Positions 40,401 to 53,990 of a DNA stretch of 64,000 nucleotides are shown here, piece after piece. Made by a program: the position numbers and the translations under genes. Every line of letters begins with the position of its first letter. The stretch's first letter is position 1. The notes under the pieces are model-generated. The model saw only the letters and a program-made list of their open reading frames with translations. It ran no database searches and was not told the origin of the DNA. Source of the stretch: Eledone cirrhosa (taxonomy: Eukaryota); the NCBI GenBank assembly GCA_964016885.1, contig OZ024740.1:214706001-214770000 (forward strand). Reading direction: 5' to 3'.

Positions 40401-43400
40401 ATATATATCAATGTATTCCAATGTATTCCAATGTATTCCAATGTATATCAATGTATTCCAATGTATATCAATGTATTCCAATGTATATCAATGTATTCCA
40501 ATGTATATCAATGTATATCAATGTATATCAATGTATATCAATGTATTCCAATGTATTCCAATGTATATCAATGTATATCAATGTATATCAATGTATATCA
40601 ATGTATATCAATGTATTCCAATGTATTCCAATGTATATCAATGTATATCAATGTATATCAATGTATATCAATGTATATCAATGTATTCCAATATATATCA
40701 ATGTATTCCAATCTATTCCAATGTATATCAATGTATTCCAATGTATATCAATGTATTCCAATGTATATCAATGTATTCCAATGTATATCAATGTATACCA
40801 ATGTATTCCAATGTATATCAATGTATATCAATGTATTCCAATGTATATCAATGTATTCCAATGTATATCAATGTATATCAATGTATATCAATGTATTCCA
40901 ATGTATTCCAATGTATATCAATGTATATCAATGTATATCAATGTATTCCAATGTATTCCAATGTATATCAATGTATTCCAATGTATATCAATGTATTCCA
41001 ATGTATATCAATGTATTCCAATGTATATCAATGTATATCAATGTATTCCAATGTATATCAATGTATATCAATGTATATCAATGTATTCCAATGTATTCCA
41101 ATGTATATCAATGTATATCAATGTATTCCAATGTATTCCAATGTATATCAATGTATTCCAATGTATATCAATCTATTCCAATGTATTCCAATGTATATCA
41201 ATGTATATCAATGTATATCAATGTATACCGATGTATTCCAATGTATATCAATGTATATCAATGTATTCCAATGTATATCAATGTATATCAATGTATTCCA
41301 ATGTATATCAATGTATATCAATGTATATCAATGTATTCCAATGTATATCAATGTATATCAATGTATTCCAATGTATTCCAATGTATATCAATGTATATCA
41401 ATGTATTCCAATGTATTCCAATGTATATCAATGTATTCCAATGTATATCAATCTATTCCAATGTATTCCAATGTATATCAATGTATATCAATGTATATCA
41501 ATGTATACCGATGTATTCCAATGTATATCAATGTATATCAATGTATTCCAATGTATATCAATGTATATCAATGTATTCCAATGTATATCAATGTATATCA
41601 ATGTATATCAATGTATTCCAATGTATATCAATGTATATCAATGTATATCAATGTATTCCAATGTATATCAATGTATATCAATGTATTCCAATGTATATCA
41701 ATATATATCAATGTATTCCAGTGTATATCAATGTATTCCAATGTATATCAATGTATATCAATGTATATCAATGTATTCCAATGTATTCCAATGTATATCA
41801 ATGTATTCCAATGTATATCAATATATATCAATGTATATCAATGTATATCAATGTATATCAATGTATATAAATGTATTCCAATGTATATCAATGTATTCCA
41901 ATGTATATCAATGTATTCCAATGTATACCAATGTATTCCAATGTATATCAATGTATATCAATGTATTCCAATGTATACCAATGTATATCAATGTATATCA
42001 ATGTATTCCAATGTATATCAATGTATTCCAATGTATACCAATGTATATCAATGTATATAAATGTATTCCAATGTATATCAATGTATTCCAATGTATACCA
42101 ATGTATTCCAATGTATATCAATGTATATCAATGTATTCCAATGTATATCAATGTATTCCAATGTATATCAATCTATTCCAATGTATACCAATGTATTCCA
42201 ATGTATATCAATGTATTCCAATGTATATCAATGTATATCAATGTATTCCAATGTATACCAATGTATTCCAATGTATATCAATGTATATCAATGTATTCCA
42301 ATGTATATCAATGTATTCCAATGTATATCAATGTATTCCAATGTATACCAATGTATTCCAATGTATATCAATGTATATAAATGTATTCCAATGTATATCA
42401 ATGTATTCCAATGTATATCAATGTATTCCAATGTATACCAATGTATTCCAATGTATATCAATGTATTCCAATGTATATCAATGTATTCCAGTATATCAAT
42501 GTATTCCAATGTATACCAATGTATTCCAATGTATGTCAATGTCTTCCAATGTATATCAATGTATATCAATGTATTCCAATGTATATCAATGTATTCCAAT
42601 GTATATCAATGTATTCCAATGTATACCAATGTATTCCAATGTATACCAATGTATTCCAATGTATACCAATGTATTCCAATGTATATCAATGTATTCCAAT
42701 GTATACCAATGTATTCCAATGTATATCAATGTATTCCAATGTATATCAATGTATATCAATGTATTCCAATGTATATCAATGTATTCCAATGTATACCAAT
42801 GTATTCCAATGTATATCAATGTATATAAATGTATTCCAATGTATATCAATGTATTCCAATGTATATCAATGTATTCCAATGTATACCAATGTATTCCAAT
42901 GTATATCAATGTATTCCAATGTATATCAATGTATTCCAATGTATATCAATGTATATCAATGTATTCCAATGTATATCAATGTATTCCAATGTATATCAAT
43001 GTATTCCAATGTATACCAATGTATTCCAATGTATATCAATGTATTCCAATGTATATCAATGTATTCCAATGTATATCAATGTATATCAATGTATTCCAAT
43101 GTATACCAATGTATTCCAATGTATATCAATGTATATCAATGTATTCCAATGCATATCAATGTATTCCAATGTATACCAATGTATTCCAATGTATATCAAT
43201 GTATATCAATGTATTCCAATGTATACCAATGTATTCCAATGTATATCAATGTATTCCAATGTATACCAATGTATTCCAATGTATATCAATGTATATCAAT
43301 GTATTCCAATGTATATCAATGTATTCCAATGTATATCAATGTATATCAATGTATTCCAATGTATATCAATGTATATCAATGTATATCAATGTATATCAAT

Positions 43401-43710
43401 GTATTCCAATGTATATCAATGTATTCCAATGTATACCAATGTATTCCAATGTATATCAATATATATCAATGTATTCCAATGTATATCAATGTATTCCAAT
43501 GTATATCAATGTATATCAATGTATATCAATGTATATCAATGTATTCCAATGTATATCAATGTATTCCAATGTATACCAATGTATTCCAATGTATATCAAT
43601 ATATATCAATGTATATCAATGTATTCCAATGTATATCAATGTATTCCAATGTATACCAATGTATTCCAATGTATATCAATGTATATCAATGTATTTCAAT
43701 GTATATCAAT
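34424..43710. repeat. 10-bp satellite, about 9.3 kb, two interspersed unit types
   Basis: ATGTATATCA and ATGTATTCCA. Phase slips near 37661, 38731, 38771 and 42491. Confidence 0.99.
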
Positions 43711-44068
43711 AGATATACCTTGAGTTGTTATAAATTCATTCTACATAAACATTAATCTAAGTTACGTCTAATTGAATGAGATTCCTACGTAATATTATAT
43801 TAATTTATACAGTTCTACACACTTATGGAGCACTTTGGTAGATTTTGCATAAACATGTATTTCTGCGACATTTTAAGCTCCATAAAGTTGTACTTAAAGC
43901 TGTATAAATTAGTATAATATTATCTAGCTAACTGTATTAAAAGCTATTCTAGGAATATGCATTAAAATAAAAGTTTATGTGCACTAAATTAAGAGCAGCT
44001 GAAAGTACATACACACAAATGGATGACATATATATTTATTTCAATATACTTTCAGCTGATTTTGAGGT

Positions 44069-44115
<47 letters not shown>

Positions 44116-44132
44116 CGTGTGCGTGTGCGTGT

Positions 44133-44185
<53 letters not shown>

Positions 44186-44187
<2 letters not shown>

Positions 44188-45024
44188 CAATATGTTGAAA
44201 AGGTAACACACTGGAGAGAGATACGGTGCGCCATCAATAAAACAGTGAAAAACCACCAGTGTATGGAATCTATAACCTATGAAAGGCAGAATATAGACAC
44301 GATAATTAAAAATATAAATTAAAGCGTAAACAAATACCTCTATAACTATATAACACACGTACAAATCCAAAGTGATTTGTTTCGCCAGTAAGTTGTTGAC
44401 AGAAATGAAATAACCCAGGTTCATCAGCGTGTTTAAGGTTATACATTTCAGACAACTATGGCTCCGTTAATGTATCGTGATATTTCACTCCTTATAACAG
44501 TATTTCCTCTCTCTCTGTTTGGTTGAGCGCACTTCTCTGAGTGGTTTGGGGCTGCCCTTTCTAGCAGCTCGTCTCTCAGAGGCCACTGGTTCACTGCCCT
44601 TAAACACGCTGTGACTTCTCTCTCCCACGTGTAGTTGGACAGTCTCTTTAAAAATTCTCTTAGTGTTGTCTGAAATGTATAACCTTACACACGCTGATGA
44701 ACTTGGGTTATTTCATTTCTGTCAAAAACTTACAGGCGAAACAGATCACTTTGGATTTGTACGTGTGTTATATAGTTATAGAGGTATTTATTTACGCTTT
44801 AATTTATATTTTTAATTATCGTGACTATATTCTGCCTTTCATAGGTTATAGATTCCATACACTGGTGGTTTTTCACTGTTTTATTGATGGCGCACTGTAT
44901 CTCTCTCTAGTGTGTTACCTTTTCAACATATTGTATTTTAAAGAGCTCAGGATTTCCTCTCCTTTGAGCACATTATTTACAGGGAACGGCGAGAGTCTAT
45001 GGCCCCGTTAATGTATCGTGATAT
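44186..45024. mobile_element. Non-coding PLE/retrozyme-like element: 270-bp inverted arms (44186-44456, 44665-44935), each with a hammerhead
   Basis: Arms align throughout. 28-bp direct repeat at 44456-44483 and 44997-45024. TA/TG-flanked. Confidence 0.85.
44687..44768 (+). ncRNA. Type I hammerhead ribozyme (mirror copy at 44355-44432 on the minus strand)
   Basis: ACACACG-CTGATGA-aCTTG...CAGGc-GAA-ACAGATC(ACTTTG)GATTTGT-A-CGTGTGT: 7-bp stems I and III, GUA site after 44761. First stem II pair is an A/C mismatch. Confidence 0.85.
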
Positions 45025-45053
45025 GTGTATATATATGTGTAATTATATATGTA

Positions 45054-45087
<34 letters not shown>

Positions 45088-45228
45088 TATATATATATAT
45101 GTATATATGTATATATATATATCGATGCATATATGTGTGCGTGTGTGTATATATATATATACATATATACATGCATACATATATACATATATACATATAT
45201 ACATACATATACAAACACACATATATAC

Positions 45229-45267
<39 letters not shown>

Positions 45268-45339
45268 CATACATATATATATATATATACATACATACGA
45301 GTATATATGTGTATATACGTGTGAACGTGTATGGTTGCG

Positions 45340-45483
<144 letters not shown>

Positions 45484-45685
45484 TGATATGTTTAGTATGA
45501 TGTATATTAGAACCAGCAATGTCACAAATTGCTGCATTGAACATTATTTTGTCATAAACACGTGACTCTCATTAATCTAGAATCTCTTTTAACTTTTCTT
45601 CCACGGTCTCTATCGATCTGTCGTCTCCTTTATCTCTCACCATCACCCCTCACCTATATATTACTTTCTTTCTTTATATCTTCCC

Positions 45686-45774
<89 letters not shown>

Positions 45775-45827
45775 ATATATATATATATATACAAACCTGC
45801 CTGTTCATCAATCTATATATCTACCAG

Positions 45828-45868
<41 letters not shown>

Positions 45869-46090
45869 GTAGGTTGAGGAAAAAGAGGAAGAGAGGAAGG
45901 GAGTACTCACTCTTGGTGCTCCTGGAGATGAGGGTTGTATATTTTTTCGGGGTGTGTACAACATCCTCCCTATTAGGGATTTCAATTGTTATTTGTTATT
46001 GTATTAATAGTTATTTTTCATATACGTGTATGTAAACTCCCCATTTGTATTTGTCCCCTTCTTTTGTGCCCTTGTGGCTAATAAAGAAAT
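45869..46090 (+). mobile_element. 3' UTR stub of a related Tx1-type LINE in (TATC)n
   Basis: Homologous to 48885-49150 (TGTAAACTCCCCATT..TTGTCCC..TTTTG.TGCCCT.GTGGC.AATAAA). TATC repeats on both sides. Confidence 0.8.
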
Positions 46091-46108
46091 TTATCTATCT
46101 ATCTATCT

Positions 46109-49100
46109 GGTTGGCTATTCAGACCACAAGTTAGTGACCTGCATGGTCAACCTTGACAGAACTCATAGACAGGGACCCGGTTACTGGAAGCTCAACTTGT
46201 CCTTACCGGCAAGTAAGGCTTACAGGGACCGGATTAGCTCTTTAGTTAAGGAACGGTTGACGGGCGCCATCGTCAACAGCAGGTGGTGGGGATCTCTCAA
46301 AAGAGAGATTAGAGTAGTCTCTATAGAATTTAGTAAGGAGTTAGCCTCCAATAGAAATAGGAAGGAAAGGGAGTTGGTAGATAGTGTAGAAGAGGCAATT
46401 AGAAGCGGCGACGTGGCCAGAGTGCTAGCGTCGAGAACGGCCCTGGGCCAGTTCTTCGACGCGAAACACGAAGGCTGCATCGTCCGAATCAAAATACGTG
46501 CTCTGGGAAACGAGGGGACCAAAGCTGTTAGCTGGGCCCGCGTGACAGAAGCCAAAAGAGGGAGCAGATCCACTATCCGGTCTTTGCGAGACCAGGATGG
46601 ACGGGTGATCCTTGAACCTAAGCAGATGTGCGAGGCTTTTCAAAAGCACTTTGCCGGATTGTTCGGAAGGGGCGGGGGGCCGGTTGGGGATGTGGACTTC
46701 GGTCCATACCTCGACGGCCTGCCGCGTCTCTCGGACAGGGGGGCGAAGTCCTGCGAGGAGCCGATTTCAGCCGCTGAGATAGAGGACGTGCTGAGCCAAT
46801 GCGGCAAACGCAAATCCCCGGGTCTCGATGGTCTTCCATACGAACTATATCTAGCTATGCCGGACTTGTTCCCCGATCTCCTCGAGGCGGTCTACTGCAA
46901 CTGGCAACAGAACGGGAGAATTCCCTGTGCTGTGACCAAGGCGTAATCACGCTAGTGAGGAAGGACGAGAACAAGGGGACGATGTAAATAATTTCAGGCC
47001 CATAACTCTGCTAAATACAGAGTTACAGATTTTGTCCAAGGTGCTAGCAAAGAGGTTGGCGCTTGTCGTGGGCAACCTGGTGGGAGATGCGCAGACATGT
47101 GCTATCCCGTCCAGGTCCATCCACGATAACCTCCACCTCATGCGATACATCATAGAGAGGGTTGGGAACGAACCCGGCTTTGGTGGGGCCCTGATCAACT
47201 TGAATCAATCTAAGGCATTCGATAGGGTCGACCATGGTTACCTGGATGCGGTGCTAGCGGCGGCAGGCTTCGGACCCGTTTTCAGGGGCTGGATCAATGC
47301 CATGCACAGCAGCCGCATCTGCTCTAGGGTCAAGGTGAACGGCTACCTCTCGGAGCCGTTCGAAATTGCGCGGTCCATCCAACAGGGGTGCCCACTCTCC
47401 TCCCTTCTGTATGTAATGACTCTAGAGCCACTGCTGCGGAAGTTGGAGTTGTTGCAGGGCATCCCGTTGGAACCGGGATTGCGGAAAGCGGTGTCAGCCT
47501 ACGCCGATGACGTAACAGTAATGGTATCGACGGCCTCGGAAATCGGGGCGATCGGCACCTTACTGGAGGAGTACGAAAGGTTTACAGGGGCTAAGCTGAA
47601 CCGGGACAAGTCGATCGGTCTGCAACTCGGCACGTGGAGGGGAAGATCGATGCCCTTCGACGATGGCGTCGTCGGGCGCTGAACGGAGGGCCCGGTGAAG
47701 TTGCTCGGGGTCTGGTTCGGACCAGACCTCCAGGTGGAGAAGAACTGGGGTGAGGTGACGAACAGGGTGTTTGCACTGACCCAGAAGTGGGCCGAGTGCA
47801 AACTGTCCATGAAAGGTCGGGCGGAGGTGGCGAACACTTATATAGCGTCCGTCATCTACTACCGCCTGACCGTTGTGCCTTGCCCAGGGGAAACGCTCGC
47901 CAAAATGGAGCGCGCACTCTTCCAATTCCTTTGGAAGAAGCGGGCTCCTATGGTGAGGAGATCCATCTGCTGTCAACACCCTTCGAAAGGAGGGCTGGGG
48001 ATGCCGTGGCTAATGATACGTAAACACGCATTAAGGCTACGGCACCTTCAGGTATTCCTCTCCGGTCAACCGGTGTGGGCCCCGTTTGTGAGGCGAGCCT
48101 TTCCCAGACTCGTCTCACTCACCGAGCTGCAATCCTGGGTCAAGCAAAGACCGAGAAAACTGGGCGCCTGGCACACCGAGTGTGCCCAGGAGCTCACGGC
48201 TCTCTGACAGGCGGACCCGGCTGTCAGTGGAGAATCCACCTCGTCATTCTATAGAGGGCTGGTGGTTAGCAGGTGCGACGACGCCCTCGGAGAAGCCCTA
48301 GGCATTGAGGAAGACGAACTGGCCAACCTGTTCGGTAGGACATTCAGCCCGGGACCCATGGATAACTTCCAGAGGTCCCTGGCCTGGCAATGCTACAGAA
48401 GGGCTCTGCCCGTTCGAGAAAGGCTCTACAGACACGGGCGCCCGGGTAGGGACCCATCGAAAAAGATCTGTCCCAGATGCGTGTGCGACGAGGAAACCGT
48501 TGCACACGCATTGGTACACTGCTCGGGCATTGCCGATCTGTGGGGCTATGTCGAACAACTGCTGTCAAGGGTGGGACCGATCCGGTTGACCACCGAGTCT
48601 ATTGTAACGATCAAGCCGCCGCCCCCCTCTTCAAAAACGAAGGAGAGGCGGTGTTTCTGTGCGTAATAGCCATGGCGAAAGAGGTTGTATGGTGGACGCG
48701 TCTGAAAGGACTGAGGTCAGACACCTTTCTCTCTGGCCAACAACTGGTCCGTTTCTTCCGATATCATTTCGGAAGAAGGATCAGGATGGAGAGAGAGGTG
48801 CTGCACCCCAGCCGTTTCTATGAAAGATGGGTGAAAGTGGCGAGAATGGCCCGTGTGAATGGGCCTTCACTCTACATCAGACTATAGGTGAGGAAGATGA
48901 AAGACCAAGGGAGCACCCCTTCTCTGTGCTCCTGAGGAGAAGGGTTGCACACTTTTTTCGGGGGGGGTGTGCGACCCCCCAAGGCGCCTCTTCTCTAGTG
49001 AGGACTTTGTTATAAATTTTATTTTTTGTTATATTTTATTTTATTTTTATATATTGTTATTGCCTCCTCCTTATTGAGGACGCCTTGTTTTGTAAACTCC

Positions 49101-49152
49101 CCCCATTGTACTTGTCCCACTTTTGATGCCCTGGTGGCAAATAAAAGAAACA
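46109..49152 (+). mobile_element. 5'-truncated Tx1-clade (L1 group) LINE with disrupted ORF2
   Basis: APE end SDH, GPGYWKLN, KSPGLDGLPYELY, KAFDRVDH, QGCPLS, YADD (47500-47511), GGLGMP, CPRC..H...C. Frameshifts at about 46940-46985 and 48620, stops at 47680 and 48205. AATAAA then TATC repeats. Confidence 0.93.
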
Positions 49153-49384
49153 TATCTATTATCTATCCATCTATCTATCTATTATCTATCTATCTCGCCA
49201 ACTTTCGCTCCACATTCCCAAGTATTATTATTGCTATTCACTGACAACCTCCGCTGATCGAATCGTCTGCTTTGCTTTCTTTTCAATGAAAACTTTCACT
49301 TATCAAGTCGTCTGGCATTACATACGAACATGATTGGAAGAATTAATAAGTGAATTAATGAAGGCTGAAATTTTGAAAAGAAGA

Positions 49385-52170
49385 TTTTTCTGATACCCAG
49401 AATAACTGGTAAAACAGTTACTAGTTGATTTCTGATAGCCAGAATAACTGATATAACAGTAACTACTGTAATTGGAGCAGTGAATGTCTGATAACCAGAA
49501 TAACTGATATAACAGTAACTGGTGTAATTAGATCAGTGGTTTTCTGTTAGCCAGAATAATTGATATAACAGTAACTGTTATAATTAGAGCAGTGAATTTC
49601 TGCTACCCCGAATAACTGGTATAGCAGTAACTACTGTATTTAGAGCAGTAACTTTCTGATACCCATAATAACTGGTATAACAGTAACTGGTATAGTTAGA
49701 GCAGTGGCTTATGATACCCATAATAACTGGTATAACAGTAACTGCTATAATTAGAGCAGTGGCTTTCTGTTAGCCAGAATAGCTGGTATAACAGTAACTG
49801 GTATAATTAGAGCAGTGTCTTTCTGATATCCAGAATAACTGGTATAGCGGTAACTGGTATAATCAGAGCAGTGACTTTCTGATACCCAGAATAATTGGTA
49901 TAACGGTAACTGGTATAATTAGAGCAGTGACTTTCTGATACCCAGAATAACTGGTATAATGGTAACTGGTATAATTAGAGCAGTGGCTTTCTGTTACCCA
50001 TAATAACTGGTATAACAGTAACTGGTATAATTAGAGCAGTGGCCTTCTGTTACCAGAATAACTGGTATAACAGTAACTGGTATAATTAGAGCAGTGGCTT
50101 TCTGATATCCAGAATAACTGGTATAACGGTAACTGGTATAATCAGAGCAGTGACTTTCTGATACCCAGAATAATTGGTATAACGGTAACTGGTATAATTA
50201 GAGCAGTGAATTTCTGATACCCAGAATAACTGGTATAATGGTAACTGGTATAATTAGAGCAGTGGCTTTCTATTACCCAGAATAACTGATATAACAGTAA
50301 CTGGTATAATTAGAGCAGTTGCTTTCTGATACCCAGAATAACTGATATAACAGTAACTGGTATAATTAGAGCAGTGACTTTCTGATACCCAGAATAACTG
50401 ATATAACAGTAACTGCTATAATTAGAGCAGTGGCTTTCTGATACCCAGAATAACTGATATAACAGTAACTGGTATAATTAGAGCAGTGACTTTCTGATAC
50501 CCAGAATAACTGGTATAACGGTAACTGGTATAATTAGAGCAGTGGCTTTCTAATACACAGAATAACTGATATAACAGTAACTGGTATAATTAGAGCAGTG
50601 AATTTCTGATACCCAGAATAACTGGTATAACGGTAACTGGTATAATTAGAGCAGTGGCTTTCTGATACCCAGAATAACTGGTATAACGGTAACTGGTATA
50701 ATTAGAGCAGTGACTTTCTGATACCCAGAATAACTGGTATAACGGTAACTGGTATAATTAGAGCAGTGACTTTCTGATACCCAGAATAACTGATATAACA
50801 GTAACTGGTATAATTAGAGCAGTGACTTTCTGATACCCAGAATAACTGATATAACAGTAACTGGTATAATTAGAGCAGTGACTTTCTGATACCCAGAATA
50901 ACTGATTTAACAGTAACTGGTATAATTAGAGCAGTGGCTTTCTGATACCCAGAATAACTGATATAACAGTAACTGGTATAATTAGAGCAGTGACTTTCTG
51001 ATACCCAGAATAACTGATATAACAGTAACTGGTATAATTAGAGCAGTGACTTTCTGATACCCAGAATAACTGGTATAACGGTAACTGGTATAATTAGAGC
51101 AGTGACTTTCTGATACCCAGAATAACTGATATAACAGTAACTGGTATAATTAGAGCAGTGACTTTCTGATACCCAGAATAACTGATATAACAGTAACTGG
51201 TATAATTAGAGCAGTGACTTTCTGATACCCAGAATAACTGGTATAACGGTAACTGGTATAATTAGAGCAGTGACTTTCTGATACCCAGAATAACTGGTAT
51301 AACGGTAACTGGTATAATTAGAGCAGTGACTTTCTGATACCCAGAATAACTGATATAACAGTAACTGGTATAATTAGAGCAGTGACTTTCTGATACCCAG
51401 AATAACTGGTATAACGGTAACTGGTATAATTAGAGCAGTGACTTTCTGATACCCAGAATAACTGATATAACAGTAACTGGCATAATTAGAGCAGTGGCTT
51501 TCTGATACCCAGAATAACTGGTATAACGGTAACTGGTATAATTAGAGCAGTGACTTTCTGATACCCAGAATAACTGGTATAACGGTAACTGGTATAATTA
51601 GAGCAGTGACTTTCTGATACCCAGAATAACTGGTATAACAGTAACTGGCATAATTAGAGCAGTGGCTTTCTGATACCCAGAATAACTTGTATAACAGTAA
51701 CTGGCATAATTAGAGCAGTGGCTTTCTGATACCCAGAATAACTGGTATAACAGTAACTGGCATAATTAGAGCAGTGGCTTTCTGATACCCAGAATAACTG
51801 GTATAACAGTAACTGGCATAATTAGAGCAGTGGCTTTCTGATACCCAGAATAACTGGTATAACAGTAACTGGCATAATTAGAGCAGTGGCTTTCTGATAC
51901 CCAGAATAACTGGTATAACAGTAACTGGCATAATTAGAGCAGTGACTTTCTGATACCCAGAATAACTGGTATAACAGTAACTGGCATAATTAGAGCAGTG
52001 GCTTTCTGATACCCAGAATAACTGGTATAACAGTAACTGGCATAATTAGAGCAGTGACTTTCTGATACCCAGAATAACTGGTATAACAGTAACTGGTATA
52101 ATTAGAGCAGTGACTTTCTGATACCCAGAATAACTGGTATAACAGTAACTGGCATAATTAGAGCAGTGAT
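49385..52170. repeat. 56-bp tandem satellite, about 49 copies
   Basis: Unit CTGATACCCAGAATAACTGGTATAACAGTAACTGGTATAATTAGAGCAGTGACTTT with an internal TAACTGGTATAA doublet. Degenerate 5' edge. Confidence 0.97.
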
Positions 52171-52401
52171 CTCAGTTTCAACGATATTTCTTCGATTCAC
52201 ACATCCTGGGTTTTATAAAGTGAGCCATGAAAGTTTTTTCCTTCTCTTCCAACGTGTTTATCATGCCTATCTATATCGATCAGTATGATTCTGTCATCAC
52301 CCGCACACCTATATAATACTTTGATCACCTTTAAATAAATGAGGGTTGACATCTGCTGATTTTAATATCTAATCTGAACAGTTTTTGTTATGTTTTTTTA
52401 A

Positions 52402-52816
52402 TATCACCGTCATCACCATAATCATCACCGTCATCATCACCAACATCAACACCATCATCATCACCATCATCATCATCATCATCACATCATCCTTATCATC
52501 ATCATCACCATCATCATCATCAGCAGCAGCAGCAGCATCCTCACCACCCTCATCATCATCATCATCGCCATCATCACTATCATCATCACCATCATCACCA
52601 TCATCACTATCATCATCATCATCATCACCACCATCACTACCACCACCATCATCATCACCATCATCATCATCATCATCATTATCATTATCATTATCCACCC
52701 CCCACCCCCGCAATCATCATTATACCCCTCATCATCATCATCATCACCATCATCACCATCATCATCATTATCCCCCTCATCACCACCACCACCACCATCA
52801 CCATCATCATCATCAT
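52402..52816. repeat. (CAT/CAC)n trinucleotide tract
   Basis: Direct inspection. Confidence 0.95.
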
Positions 52817-53169
52817 TAGTCATATCTCTATTATGTGTTGTCACTACATTACCCAGCGGAACTCTCTACAGTTCAGTATGTGCAGCATTGTTGTCATAAT
52901 TCTATTGAAACCATTATTTATTATATGTATATATTACTTATTAGTGTTATGTTCTGTATGTTGTATATATTTCTATGTCCTGGAGTTTCCTGATTCTCAG
53001 AGCACCTTTTATTATAGAGATTAGTTGACCCATGCCAAATAAGTTCTCAGTGGTTTCCCTGCTCAAAGAACCAGTGTAAGCCCATCTTTTCCGGCGCTCC
53101 TGGATATGAGCAAATGTCAAGAGGGTAATTTTATTTTATAAAAAAGATGAACGTATGTAACTCTACAGT

Positions 53170-53600
53170 GATCTTAATGAGTTACATTACGTTATTTGTC
53201 ATTATCCTTCAATGAGTTATATTGGTACCTATAAGCTGTTTATCGCAGATACTCTATTATTTGGATTGAGCTCTGTGATTAAAATAAATTGCACTTGCCT
53301 ATAGTATTCTGTTCTAACCTTTTCTTTCCTGTGGGTATACTTATCCCTCCGCCTTCAGTGACGCCAAGATATTTGTAAATCTCTTGTTTTTCAAGTTTTC
53401 TTATTTTTGTTTTTATATCTCAGTTTATATTGGAACTTGTTGTTACTTTGCCTTTCTTCAAGGTCAATTTTGCACATTTATTAAGATTAAAATCCATGCC
53501 TATGTCATCGCTAAAATATTTTACTATCTTAAGCAGACTCTTTAATTTGTTATCATCTCTGGCGAAGAGCTTTAGATCACCCATGTAGAAGAGATGGCTG
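53170..53600 (-). pseudogene. R4/Dong-like non-LTR reverse transcriptase fragment
   Basis: HLFYMGDLKLFA..VKYFSDDIGMDFNLNKCAK; YKYLGV..KEKVRTEYYRQV..ILITELNPNNRVSAINSL. Confidence 0.75.
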
Positions 53601-53778
53601 GAAAAAGTAGTATTCCTTAGTTCATGAGAAAATAGGGTTGATGCTAGAAACAATTTTATTGAACTTTTTCCTGTACTTCATTCACGGCTCGCCATGTTTA
53701 TATTGTTGGCTCTTACAATCTTTTTTATTTCTATTTCTTGGGATACGACCCAAGCGACACCGAAGAAGCAGTCTTCGC

Positions 53779-53837
53779 TTCTTCTTCTTCTTCTTCTTCT
53801 TCTTCTTCTTCTTCTTCTTCTTCTTCTTCTTCTTCTT

Positions 53838-53868
<31 letters not shown>

Positions 53869-53990
53869 ACGCACTCGAAAGGGTTGTGGGACAGAGTCTT
53901 AAGATATGCCTTCCAAAGAAGCCTATCAATAGCAATCATTTCTAAATGATATGGCTGGATCCCCAAGTTAGACCAAACCATCTTATTTTG
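53779..53990 (-). mobile_element. RTE-like LINE 3' end with (GAA)n tail (53779-53867)
   Basis: LEMIAIDRLLWKAYLKTL resembles RTE C-termini (AxDRxxWR) and is directly followed by AAG repeats. Confidence 0.5.

Noticed and set aside
34365-43755. Very long ORFs (up to 2209 aa)
   Set aside because: Translation of a 10-bp satellite lacking plus-strand stops; open in all three frames.
52369-52844. Asp-rich or His-rich ORFs
   Set aside because: (CAT)n microsatellite translations.
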